From assembly GCA_963716175.1 (NCBI GenBank), contig OY970296.1, positions 1,824,001-1,888,000 of the forward strand: 64,000 nucleotides of DNA, in the 5' to 3' direction. The translations under genes were made by a program, and so were the position numbers. This document shows positions 1 to 9,642 of the stretch, one piece after another. Under the pieces are notes generated by a model. It worked only from the letters and a program-made list of their open reading frames with translations, searched no databases and was not told the origin of the DNA. Source of the stretch: an uncultured Armatimonadetes bacterium (GTDB lineage: Bacteria; Armatimonadota; Hebobacteria; Hebobacterales; Hebobacteraceae). The first letter of the stretch is position 1; each line of letters opens with the position of its first letter.

Positions 1-1
1 G

Positions 2-1726
2 GCCAAAGGCGCCGCCCCGGGGCGGGATGAGCTGGCGGAAGCGATCAAGGCGGCGAAGCAGCATGGGATCGAGCTGCATGTCTGGCGCATCAGCTGGGCG
101 CTCCGGGGCGTCCCGCAGGACATCATCGCCCAACTGGAGGTGGCGGGGCGGTTGCAGCGCAATGCCAAAGGCGAGCTCGCGCGGCAGGACCCGAAGGTGG
201 GCGTGGACTGGCTCTGCCCCTCCAATCCGGAGAATCGGAAGCTCGAAAAGGACGCCATGCTAGAGCTGGTGCGCAACTACGATATCGCGGGCATACAGTT
301 CGACTACATGCGCTTCCCGAGCGGTGACTACTGTTTCTGCGATCACTGCAAGGCTCAGTTCCAGAAGGAGGCGAACGTCACGGTCTCGCACTGGCCCGAG
401 GACGTTCAGGAGGGCGGGCCCTATGTCGAGCAGTGGCGCGCCTGGCGCCGCGGGCTGATCACCAGCCTGGCGGAGGAGATCAGCGAGGAGTGCCACCGGA
501 TCAAGCCCCGCATCTTCGTCTCCCTCGCCGCCTGGCCCGACCTGAAGGCGGCCTACGATGTGGTCGGCCAGGACTGGACCTCCTGGGTGAAGGCCGGGGT
601 GCTGGATTTCGTGTGCCCGATGGACTACACCGCCAGCCGGGATGATCTGGTCAACAATCAACTGACCGGTCAGCTGGCACAGGTTCAGGGGATCATCCCT
701 TTCTACCCCGGGCTGGGCGCGTTCTTGATGCAGTCTGCCTCGCAGCTCATCACTCAGATCGAGGCCACGCGGGAGCTGGGGGCAGATGGCTTCCTCGCCT
801 TTGCCTACTTCAGCGGAGACCTGGACAAGTGGCTGCCCGACCTCCGGGCCACGGTCACCGCCACGGACCCAAACCCGATGCCGCACTGGTCGCCGCCCGC
901 GCGGTTCTCGTTCAAAGGCCCGGCCGCGGCGCCACTCTCGCCGCGTGAGGGCGCCAGCCAGGAGGCCTGGCAAGTGCTAGCTGGCAAGCAGTTGGAGACC
1001 GAGCTAACGCTTGGCATCGCTCTCCCGTCTGGCCGCGAACAGGCCGGTGAGGGCGCAGCCCAGGCCGCGGATGTGCTGCGCCAGGCCACCAACCCGCGCA
1101 GTCCGGTGACCAGCTACGAGCCTGCGCCCGAGCCTCCACTGACCGCGGGTGAGCAGCCGCGCATCTCGGGCCGGGCGGTGATGGAAACGCCTGACGGGCT
1201 CGCCCTCGGGGCCTTGGGCGCTTTCGATGGTGAGATGGGAGTGCCCCGGACCTTCCGCGTCGTCGTGCCCGAAGGCCCCTTCCGAATCGCTGTCTATGGG
1301 GCCGTGGTGACCGGAGATCGAAGGCTGGAGTTCGTGACCAGGAGCGTCCTGCTGACGGGCACAGCCGAGCAGCCCCGCGCCCAGACCCCCAAGCTGGAGG
1401 AGGAACTGGCGCGGCGCTGCGACGAGATCCGCGCCAGCATCAAGCCCGAGCAGCTTGCGGGGCTGAACGGCTCGCTCCAGGTGCATGCCACGGGGCCGGG
1501 CGGCGGGGACTGGTGGGTCCGCTTCCGGGATGGCAAGATCGAGCGCGGCGCAGGTAAGGCGGAGAGTCCGGATGTGACAGTGACTGCATCGGCCGCAGAT
1601 TTTGTGGCGATGTCGCGCCAGCAGGCAAAGCCGCGGGTACTCTGGGAGGCGGGCCGGCTGACGATCGCGGGAGACCCCTCAGTCTTCCAGCGTCTCGGCC
1701 CCCTGCTGGGATATGCCGTGCCCTGA
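2..1726 (+). CDS. 5'-partial glycoside hydrolase-like 10 (DUF187) protein with C-terminal SCP2 lipid-binding domain
   Basis: Frame open from window start (KQHGIELHVW); WLCPSNPE, GIQFDYMRFP, GQDWxxW, DFVCPMDY are GHL10-type motifs; C-terminus GPGGGDW..PDVTVT..GRLTIAGD is SCP2-like. Confidence 0.75.
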   Translation, partial: AKGAAPGRDELAEAIKAAKQHGIELHVWRISWALRGVPQDIIAQLEVAGRLQRNAKGELARQDPKVGVDWLCPSNPENRKLEKDAMLELVRNYDIAGIQFDYMRFPSGDYCFCDHCKAQFQKEANVTVSHWPEDVQEGGPYVEQWRAWRRGLITSLAEEISEECHRIKPRIFVSLAAWPDLKAAYDVVGQDWTSWVKAGVLDFVCPMDYTASRDDLVNNQLTGQLAQVQGIIPFYPGLGAFLMQSASQLITQIEATRELGADGFLAFAYFSGDLDKWLPDLRATVTATDPNPMPHWSPPARFSFKGPAAAPLSPREGASQEAWQVLAGKQLETELTLGIALPSGREQAGEGAAQAADVLRQATNPRSPVTSYEPAPEPPLTAGEQPRISGRAVMETPDGLALGALGAFDGEMGVPRTFRVVVPEGPFRIAVYGAVVTGDRRLEFVTRSVLLTGTAEQPRAQTPKLEEELARRCDEIRASIKPEQLAGLNGSLQVHATGPGGGDWWVRFRDGKIERGAGKAESPDVTVTASAADFVAMSRQQAKPRVLWEAGRLTIAGDPSVFQRLGPLLGYAVP

Positions 1727-1759
1727 GCGTTTCGGCGTGCCTTGGAGTGTAAGGCGACT

Positions 1760-4618
1760 ATGCGAGCTGCTCGCACCGCGGTGGCAATCGCTCTGCTGGT
1801 GGTGGCGCTAGCTGCCCAGGCTGCACTGGCATTGCCGGCGCCGAGGAGTGCGAACCGGCCCTCTGCTCCTGTCCAGAGCGCCTTCGCCGTGGGCCAGTAC
1901 GAGAAGCTCGAGGTGACGGTGCCGCTGCTGCTGGGCCCAACCTTCGGCGATGTGCCCTGGGATCACTGGGCCTTCTACCAGATCGAGGCCTGCGGCGCCG
2001 CTGGCATTGTGGCCGGCTACTACGACGGCAGCTACCGGCCGACTGAGACCGTGAACCGGGCCCAGATGGCGGTGTTCCTGGCGCGCGCTCTGGCCGGCGG
2101 CGATGAGCGCGTCCCCTCGGGCCCAGCCGTTCCATCCTTCCGCGATGTCCCGGCCGAGCACTGGGCCTTCAGATATGTCGAGTACGCCGGGGCGAACGGC
2201 ATCGCCGAAGGATATGAGGGAGGCCTCTACCAGCCTGACTTCGCTCTCGACCGGGGCCAGATGGCCGCCTTCATCGCCCGCGCCATCGCCACTCCCATCG
2301 GCGAGGCCGGCCTGAAGCAATATGTCCCGCCGACCAGCCCCAGCTTCCCTGATGTGCCCACTACTTTCTGGGCCTTCAGGTACATCGAGTACATCAAGGC
2401 CGCCGGAGTCGCCGCTGGCTATCTGGATGGCCGCTACCATCCAGAGACGATCTGCACCCGAGACCAGATGGCGGTCTATGTCGCGCGCGCCTTCAGCCTC
2501 CCGCTCAAGCTCCGCGGCAACTACCAGAATCCTTTCGATCCCCAAGAGATTGACGTGCAGGGCGAGTTCCACGCCCCATCGGGCCGGATCATCCGTGTGC
2601 CCGGCTTCTGCTATCACCCTTACCAGCGTTTCCGCGACCACGACGGCACCGAAGTCCTGATCCCCAACGGCGATGGGTCGTTCAAGGTGCGATTCGCCTG
2701 GGGGGAGATCGGCGATTACACCTTCAGGATCACCGCCCGCGAGCCCTCGGGCAGCCAGACCGTCGCCTCCGGCAGCTTCAGGGTGGTCGCCTCCGAGAAT
2801 CGGGGATACATCAGGCCCAGCCCGACCGCGCCGCTGCATCTCCAATTCGAGTCAGGCGATTCCTACTTCGCCATCGGCGAGAACATGTGCTGGCCCGATG
2901 TTGGTGGAACCTACGACTACGACCGCTGGATGCCGAAGCTGGCCCTCCAGGGCGGCAACTCCATCCGCCTCTGGGTGTTTGACATCTCGGGCAACCCACT
3001 TGCCCTGGAGCGCCTGCCTTCCTGGACCGGGGATGGCAACGGCCTGGGCCGCTATGACCAGGGGGCGGCCTGGCGCGCAGACTACACCCTGGACTTGGCC
3101 GAACGGCTCGGCATTCGCGCCCTGGTCTGCATCGAAGGGGCAAACTCGCTGGACGAGTCGGGAGCCTTGGCGGCCTGGGACCGCAATCCGTACAATTCCG
3201 ATAACGGGGGTCCCTGCGCGAGCCCATACGATTTCTTCGAAGATGACGTGGCGAAGCGCCTTTTCCAGCAGCGCCTGCGCTATCTGGTGGCGAGGTGGGG
3301 TTATGCCACCTCCCTGCTGGGCTGGGAGCTCTCGAATGAGGTGGACATCGTGACCCGCGGCTATAGCTGGGTGCTGCTGGATTGGCACCGCGAGATGGGC
3401 GATTACTTACGGGCTCTTGATCCCTGGTTACATCCGATCACGACTAGCTTCTCCGGGGCGGTGATTGCGGCGGAGTGCCCGATTGTTCCTGAGATATTCA
3501 GCTTGGAGCCGTTGGACCTGATGCAATCCCATTACTACGACTCCCACGACATGGCCTGGAGCATCAACCAGGTCTGCCGGCAGCAGAACGCAGCCTACGG
3601 CAAGCCCCACATCGTGGGGGAGTTTGGCGTGGGCTGGATATGGGAGTCCCCCTTCGTCGAGGAAGTGGCCAATTACCTTCACGATGGGCTGTGGGCCTCC
3701 ATGCTGGCGCCGGCCGCGGGCACGGCCATGGAGTGGTCTTGGACGTACGTAGAGGACAATGATCTCTATCACCACTTCTCGCCGGTAGCGGCCTTCGCGG
3801 CGGATGTGGACTGGGTGCGAGAGAGATATCACCTAGCCTCCATCGCCAGCCTCCGCTATCGGCCGGGCCAGGAGCCGAGCGGCCCCCTCTCCCTCACCAT
3901 CGCCACCCCCGCCTATGGCTGCCGGGACGAATCCCCCTTCAACCAGCCCAACGAGTTCACCGTGGGCAATGATGGGGTGGTGACAAACTTCGACCGGCTG
4001 AGCTGGGGGCAGAATGGAACCGGGCCTAGCGCCCAGCGGCACAACCCGGCGACCTTCCACGTCAACTACCCCGTCCCCGGGAAGTTCGAGGTAATCGTCT
4101 GGGGCGTATCCGGGTGGGGAGGCGCGGCCCTAGCCATCTCCCTGGACGGAGCTCAAGCGCTGGTGGCCGGTTTCCCGGATTGCGTGCCGGACGAGACCGG
4201 GGTCACACACCAGTACGACGGGATCTACGGGATAGACGTCCCGGCCGGCGGCCATACCATCACGGTCGAGAACATCGGAACGGACATATGCCAGGTGGAC
4301 TATCGCGTGACCAACTACGTGACTTCTCCTAACCTCTTGGTGCTAGCCGTGTCGAATGCCAGCTCCGGGCTGGTCTGGGTGCAGAACAGACAGCACACCT
4401 GGTGGAACCACCACCTCGGCCTGACCACAGAGCCGGTCAACGCCAGCGAGATCACGATTGGCGGCTTCACCCCCGGCGATTACCGGATCGAGCAGTGGGA
4501 CACCTATGCCGGCCAGGTCGCGAGCGCCGCTGACTACACTTCAACCGATGGCACCATCGTCATCGCCACGCCGCCGGGGCTGACGACGGACGTGGCCTAC
4601 AAGGTCAGGAAGCGGTAG
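1760..4618 (+). CDS. Secreted SLH-domain protein with DUF5060 and GH5-like TIM-barrel domain
   Basis: Signal peptide; three FxDVP..HWA/FWA..G..G..P....RxQMA SLH repeats; NPFDP motif; RYLVARWG, WELSNEVD, VGEFG. Confidence 0.8.
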   Translation: MRAARTAVAIALLVVALAAQAALALPAPRSANRPSAPVQSAFAVGQYEKLEVTVPLLLGPTFGDVPWDHWAFYQIEACGAAGIVAGYYDGSYRPTETVNRAQMAVFLARALAGGDERVPSGPAVPSFRDVPAEHWAFRYVEYAGANGIAEGYEGGLYQPDFALDRGQMAAFIARAIATPIGEAGLKQYVPPTSPSFPDVPTTFWAFRYIEYIKAAGVAAGYLDGRYHPETICTRDQMAVYVARAFSLPLKLRGNYQNPFDPQEIDVQGEFHAPSGRIIRVPGFCYHPYQRFRDHDGTEVLIPNGDGSFKVRFAWGEIGDYTFRITAREPSGSQTVASGSFRVVASENRGYIRPSPTAPLHLQFESGDSYFAIGENMCWPDVGGTYDYDRWMPKLALQGGNSIRLWVFDISGNPLALERLPSWTGDGNGLGRYDQGAAWRADYTLDLAERLGIRALVCIEGANSLDESGALAAWDRNPYNSDNGGPCASPYDFFEDDVAKRLFQQRLRYLVARWGYATSLLGWELSNEVDIVTRGYSWVLLDWHREMGDYLRALDPWLHPITTSFSGAVIAAECPIVPEIFSLEPLDLMQSHYYDSHDMAWSINQVCRQQNAAYGKPHIVGEFGVGWIWESPFVEEVANYLHDGLWASMLAPAAGTAMEWSWTYVEDNDLYHHFSPVAAFAADVDWVRERYHLASIASLRYRPGQEPSGPLSLTIATPAYGCRDESPFNQPNEFTVGNDGVVTNFDRLSWGQNGTGPSAQRHNPATFHVNYPVPGKFEVIVWGVSGWGGAALAISLDGAQALVAGFPDCVPDETGVTHQYDGIYGIDVPAGGHTITVENIGTDICQVDYRVTNYVTSPNLLVLAVSNASSGLVWVQNRQHTWWNHHLGLTTEPVNASEITIGGFTPGDYRIEQWDTYAGQVASAADYTSTDGTIVIATPPGLTTDVAYKVRKR

Positions 4619-4624
4619 ACTCCT

Positions 4625-4655
4625 GTAGGGCGGGCATGGCCTCGGCATGCCCGCC
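4625..4655 (+). repeat. GTAG-type REP-like palindrome
   Basis: GTAG followed by ggcgggcatg-N7-catgcccgcc stem between convergent genes. Confidence 0.7.
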
Positions 4656-4685
4656 GCTTCACTCCTCAATCGCGCGCCGGCCGCC

Positions 4686-6141
4686 CTACTCCAACTCCTC
4701 CAAGGCCGCTTCTCCCTCGCTGGCTTCCTCCCCGGCCGCGCCGCCATCGTAGCTCGGCCATCCCGGTATCTCCGCGCAATTCCGATCGAGCTGCACTCGC
4801 TGGTAGACGCGGCCGATGTGGCGAAGGTGCTGCTCGTGGTCAAAGCAGGCGCTTAGCTCCTCCTCGCTCAACCTCTCTTTCACGGCCGGCGCCTCCGCGA
4901 TCATCTGTCGGAAATCGCCCCCTGTCTCCCAGGCCTGCATCGCTACGGATTGGACCGTGCGATAGGCGGTGTCCTTCTCTATCCCCTTGTCCACCAGGGC
5001 CAGCATCAGATGGTCGGAGCTGATCAGCCCCTTCAAGCGATCGAGGTTGGCGCGCATGTGATCCGGGTAGACCACCAGCCCGCGCACAACGTCAGCAAAC
5101 CGGCGCAGCATATAGTCAATGAGGATACTGCTGTCGGGCAAGGTGATCCGCTCCACGCTCGAGTTGGTGAGGTCGCGCTCGTGCCACATCGCCATAGTCT
5201 CCAGCGCGGGTGTGACATAAGACCGCACCAGCCGCGCCAGGCCCGTGATGGTCTCGCAGGTGATGGGGTTGCGCTTGTGCGGCATGGCCGAGGAGCCCCG
5301 CTGGCCCTTGCGGAACGACTCCTCCACCTCCAGGATCTCGGTGCGCTGCAGGTTGCGCACTTCGGTGGCGAAGCGCTCAAGCGACCCGGCCATGATGGCA
5401 AGTGTCGTCACATAGTGAGCGTGCCGGTCGCGCTGCACGATCTGGCTGGTTGCCTTGGGCAGCTGGAGGTCCAGGCGCCGGCAGACGTACTCCTCGACCC
5501 GCGGGTCCACGCTGGCGTAGCTGCCCACCGGCCCCGAGGCCATCCCCACACTCACGCTCTCCCGCGCCTGGCGCAGCCGCGCCACATCCCGCTCGAGTTC
5601 GGCCAGCCAGACGCACAGCTTCAGCCCAAAGGTGATGGGCGCGGCCTGCACGCCATGGGTGCGCCCGATCATGGGCGTCCACTGGTGCTCCCGCGCGTTC
5701 CCGGATGGCATCGCAGAGCGCCCGCGCGTCCTGCTCGATCAGCTCGCACGACTCGCGCAGCAGTAGGCAGAGCGCGGTGTCCTCGATATCATAGGAGGTG
5801 ACGCCGAAGTGCAGATAGCGCTTCTCCTCACCCAGATGCTCGGAGACGGCGGTGAGAAAGGCGATGAGGTCGTGCCTGATCACCGGCTGGCCGGGCTTGG
5901 GCACGAAGCCGGGGGCATCGCCCTCCAGCTCCAGCATACGCTCCACCACCGCGCGGAAGTCGAAATCCGGCCCCAGCATGCGGTCGCCATTGGCGCGCAG
6001 CCTGGCCGCCGCCTCCGCCGGGAGGCGGCCGATCTCCGCCCACCCCTCGGCCACCAGCAGCTCCACCTCCAGCCACTTGCGGTACTTGCTCTCCGGCTCC
6101 CACAGGGTGCGCATCTCGGGATAGGAATAGCGCTCGATCAT
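4686..6141 (-). CDS. purB: Adenylosuccinate lyase (apparent frameshift near 5692)
   Basis: MIERYSYPEM, RHDLIAF, HFGVTSYD in one frame; GRTHG and GSSAMPHKRNP signature in another; break lies in a CG repeat. Confidence 0.93.
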
Positions 6142-6166
6142 GGTTGCTCTCCGAAGCGACATGATC

Positions 6167-6246
6167 CGCAGATTACGCAGATTACATAGATTGGCGCTGC
6201 TGTGCAGCGCGAAGCACAACGAAACCGCGGATGAACACGGATTGAA
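6167..6246 (+). repeat. Short tandem repeats (cgcagatta x2 + catagatt; gcggatgaa/cacggattgaa)
   Basis: Seen directly in purE-purB intergenic region. Confidence 0.55.
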
Positions 6247-6310
6247 CCCGTCGTTGGGCAGGGGCTTCAGTCGCCTCAGGCGACTTGCCTCCTGCCACTC
6301 CCGGTCTCAT

Positions 6311-6387
6311 CGGCGGGCATGCGCCCGCCCGCCGGAGGCGTGCGTCCGACCCTTCGGCTTCGCTCAGGGCAGGCATACCCGCCCTAC
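6311..6387 (-). repeat. REP-like element with nested small palindromic insert
   Basis: GTAG (supplies purE stop) plus stem; nested cctgccctgagcgaagccgaaggg at 6350..6373 (minus strand). Confidence 0.6.
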
Positions 6388-6847
6388 AGGGTCATCTCCT
6401 TCCGCATCTGGTCCAGCTTGCCGGCCAACGCGGAATCGCTCACTGCCAGGATCTCCGCCGCCAGCAGCGCAGCGTTGCGCGCGCCGTTCACCGCCACCGT
6501 CGCCACCGGCACGCCGCTGGGCATCTGGGCGGTGGAGAGGAGCGCGTCCAGCCCGCCCAGGGAGCCGCTGGCGACCGGAATGCCGATCACCGGCAAGGTG
6601 GTATGCGCGGCCAGCACCCCGGCGAGATGGGCCGCGCCCCGGCCGCGGCGATGATCACTTTGATGCCTCGGTCGCGGGCCTCGCGCGCCAGCTTCGCGGC
6701 TCGTTCCGGGGTGCGGTGGGCGGAGGCGACGAGCATCTCATGGGGTACAGCCAAGCGCTCCAGCTCCTCGGATGCCGGCTGCACTTTCGGCAGGTCGGAG
6801 TCGCTGCCCATGATGATGAGGACGAGCGGTCGACATGAATCCGCCAC
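6384..6847 (-). CDS. purE: N5-CAIR mutase (apparent 1-nt frameshift at C run 6637..6640)
   Basis: [21 protein letters not shown]; then [24 protein letters not shown]. Confidence 0.93.
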
Positions 6848-6870
6848 GGCAACCCTCTTCTCCGCCGTTT

Positions 6871-6929
6871 GTAGGGCGGCCATGCCGGAGGCATAGCCGC
6901 CGCAGCGGGCGTAGGTACGCCCGCCCTAC
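6871..6929. repeat. Inverted pair of GTAG REP-like elements
   Basis: gtagggcggc...cgcccgccctac. Confidence 0.65.
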
Positions 6930-6932
6930 AGC

Positions 6933-7877
6933 TCACTCGAAGATGGCGCTCACCGATTCGCCGGTGTGGATGCGGCGGATGGCCTCCCCGAAGAGCGGCG
7001 CCACCGAGAGCTGGACGATCCTATCACAGCACTTCTCAGGCGGCAGGGGTACGGTATTCGTGACTACTACCTGGCGAATGGGAGAGGCCTTGATCCGCTC
7101 CACTGCATCGCCAGTGAAGACACCGTGCGTGGCGCCGACGTAGATGTCGCCCACGCCCATGGTCTTGAGGATCTTCACGGTCTCGAGGAGCGAACTGCCG
7201 TGGGCGATCTCGTCGTCGAAGTAGAGCACAGTCCTGCCCGCGACGTCGCCGACAATGGAGCGGACCTCGACGCGGGTATCGCTCACCCGGCGCTTATCCG
7301 CGAACGCGAGGGGGATATCGAGGCGGATGGCGTAGGCGCCGGCGCGGCGAGCGGAGCCTGCGTCGGCGGCGAAGGCCACGCAGTTGCCCAGGGCAAGCTT
7401 CTCGAAGTACTCGCACAGGATGGGCGTGGCGGAAAGGTGGTCGGCCTGGCACTGGAAAAACCCCTGCACCTGCTCCGAGTGCAGGGTCATGGTGAGGATG
7501 CGGTTGGCTCCCGCGGTGACCAGCAGATCGGCGATCAGCCGCCCGGCGATGGAGATGCGCGGCTTGTCCTTCCTGTCGGAGCGGGCGTAAGAGTAATACG
7601 GTATCACCGCGGTGATGCGACGAGCCGAGGCCGAGCGCAGCGCGTCCATCATGATCAGCAGCTCTACCAGGTTCTCGCTCACCGGGGTGGAGAGAGGCTG
7701 GACCACGAACACGTCCCGCTCGCGGACATTCTCCAGAACCTGCACGAAGATATTCTCGTTGGAGAAGCGAGTGATGTCCGCTTTTCCCAACGGGATCGCC
7801 AGGTGGTCGCAGATCGCCTGGGCCAGCGCGGGATTCCCGTTGCCGGTGAATACCTTGACCTCGTCCTGCACTTTCAC
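6933..7877 (-). CDS. prs: Ribose-phosphate pyrophosphokinase
   Basis: ENVRERDVF, ELLIMMDALRSASARRITAVIPYYSYARSDRK, ATHGVF. Confidence 0.95.
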   Translation of the reverse strand: MKVQDEVKVFTGNGNPALAQAICDHLAIPLGKADITRFSNENIFVQVLENVRERDVFVVQPLSTPVSENLVELLIMMDALRSASARRITAVIPYYSYARSDRKDKPRISIAGRLIADLLVTAGANRILTMTLHSEQVQGFFQCQADHLSATPILCEYFEKLALGNCVAFAADAGSARRAGAYAIRLDIPLAFADKRRVSDTRVEVRSIVGDVAGRTVLYFDDEIAHGSSLLETVKILKTMGVGDIYVGATHGVFTGDAVERIKASPIRQVVVTNTVPLPPEKCCDRIVQLSVAPLFGEAIRRIHTGESVSAIFE

Positions 7878-7895
7878 GCCTCCAAGACCGCTGAT

Positions 7896-7919
7896 GGGCA
7901 GGTTGCGAACCTGCCCTAC
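7896..7919 (-). repeat. GTAG REP-like palindrome
   Basis: gggcaggtt-gcg-aacctgccc followed by tac. Confidence 0.65.
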
Positions 7920-7922
7920 CTA

Positions 7923-9209
7923 TCACGCCAGCGCGCGCCGGCCGATGTCAGTCCGCCAGTGCGCGCCCTCGAAGCTGATCGCGCGCACGCCTTGATAGGC
8001 GGATTCAATCGCCTGCGGGATACCCTCTCCCAGTCCGGTCACGCCCAGCACCCGGCCCCCCGCGGTCACCGTGCCATCATCGGTCTGCTTGGTGCCGGCG
8101 TGGAACGCTACCACCCGCGGCCGGTCAGCCAGGGCCTCCAGGCCGTGAATCAGTTTCCCCGTCTCGTACTCCCCCGGATAGCCCCCCGAGGCCATCACCA
8201 CACACACCGCGGCGCCTGCTTCACGCGCTTTGGGGCTGGAGGGGAGTTCGCCCTCTACTGCCGCCTCCAGCACGTCCAACAGATCCGCCTGCATCCGCGG
8301 CAGCACTACTTGCGACTCCGGGTCGCCGAAACGGCAGTTGAACTCCAGCACTTCGAGCCCTTCGTCCGTCAAGATCAGCCCGGCGTAGAGGCAGCCCACG
8401 TAGCGCCGCCCCTCTGCCGCCATCGCCCGAATCGCGGGCTCCAGGATCGTCTCCATCGCTTGCCGCCGCAGCTCTTCACTCAACACAGGCACGGGGGAGT
8501 AGGCGCCCATGCCTCCTGTGTTGGGGCCTTGGTCGCCATCGTTGATGCGCTTGTGATCCTGAGATGCCGGCAGGGGGTAGAGCCGCTCACCGTCCGAAAG
8601 CGCCATCAGCGTTATCTCTGGGCCCTCCAGGTACTCTTCGATCAGCACCCGCTGACCGGAGTCGCCGAACGCACCGCGCACCATGGCCTCGCGGATCGCC
8701 TCCTGGGCCGCCTCCCTACTCTGGGCGATGGTCACGCCCTTGCCCGCTGCCAGACCGTCCGCCTTCACCACGATCGGGGGGTCCTGATCCTCCACGTAGG
8801 AGAGCGCTTCCTCCGGCTCGGTGAACGAGATGAAGCAGCCGCTCGGGATCTCGTATTTGGCCAACAGCTCTTTGCACCAGATCTTGCTGCTCTCCAGCAG
8901 CGCGGCCCCTCTGGTGGGGCCGAACACGCGGAGCCCGCGGCCCTGGAACACATCCGTGATCCCTCCCGCCAGCGGGGCCTCGGGCCCCACCACGGTCAGG
9001 TCTATCTTTTCCTGCTGCGCGAAATCCGCCAGGGCTGGGAAATCGGAGACCGGGATCGGCACACAGGTGGCCTGTTGGGCGATCCCGGCATTGCCGGGCG
9101 CGCAGAAGATCCGCTCCGCGCGAGGGCTCTGCGCCAGCTTCCACACCAGCGCGTGCTCGCGCCCGCCCGAGCCCACCACCAGCAGACGCAGCCGCGAGGT
9201 CATGTCCAC
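7923..9209 (-). CDS. purD: Phosphoribosylamine-glycine ligase
   Basis: GSGGREHAL, KADGLAAGKGV, GPNTGGMGAYSP, EFNCRFGDPE. Confidence 0.97.
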   Translation of the reverse strand: MDMTSRLRLLVVGSGGREHALVWKLAQSPRAERIFCAPGNAGIAQQATCVPIPVSDFPALADFAQQEKIDLTVVGPEAPLAGGITDVFQGRGLRVFGPTRGAALLESSKIWCKELLAKYEIPSGCFISFTEPEEALSYVEDQDPPIVVKADGLAAGKGVTIAQSREAAQEAIREAMVRGAFGDSGQRVLIEEYLEGPEITLMALSDGERLYPLPASQDHKRINDGDQGPNTGGMGAYSPVPVLSEELRRQAMETILEPAIRAMAAEGRRYVGCLYAGLILTDEGLEVLEFNCRFGDPESQVVLPRMQADLLDVLEAAVEGELPSSPKAREAGAAVCVVMASGGYPGEYETGKLIHGLEALADRPRVVAFHAGTKQTDDGTVTAGGRVLGVTGLGEGIPQAIESAYQGVRAISFEGAHWRTDIGRRALA

Positions 9210-9215
9210 ACCACT

Positions 9216-9641
9216 TCAGGGACGGCCATTCTTCGGCCCAGAGACATCATCGCCGGCCTCCGGTTTCCGCTCGGCCTGCTCTTCCCGCTCCAGGTCGCTC
9301 TGCATCATTGCCAGAACGGCTTCCTCGGCTGCCCGGTGCCCCTCCTGTATCTCGCGGATGCGGCGAACTGTTTCCTGGGCGGCTGCCACCACCGCCAGCA
9401 GGAAGGCGACGATACACACCACGAGAAAGGCCTTCGCCGCCACCGCGGCCCCAGCATGGGCCAGGCCCATCTCCTGAGCCACCCGCACCCGGTCCACGGC
9501 CAGCAGATAGCCGGACACCGCCAAGAAGGCCAGCCCGAGCCACCCCAGATAGGCGCGATTGCGAAACGCGGTGACCCACCCGGCCAGCATGGAGAGCCCG
9601 ACCACAATGGTAAGGCTGGCGGCGAGGCGGGGAGTGAGCAC
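9216..9641 (-). CDS. Small membrane protein (about 3 TM) with charged tail
   Basis: GTG start next to dnaB stop; hydrophobic segments; fills operon gap. Confidence 0.6.
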   Translation of the reverse strand: MLTPRLAASLTIVVGLSMLAGWVTAFRNRAYLGWLGLAFLAVSGYLLAVDRVRVAQEMGLAHAGAAVAAKAFLVVCIVAFLLAVVAAAQETVRRIREIQEGHRAAEEAVLAMMQSDLEREEQAERKPEAGDDVSGPKNGRP

Positions 9642-9642
9642 G

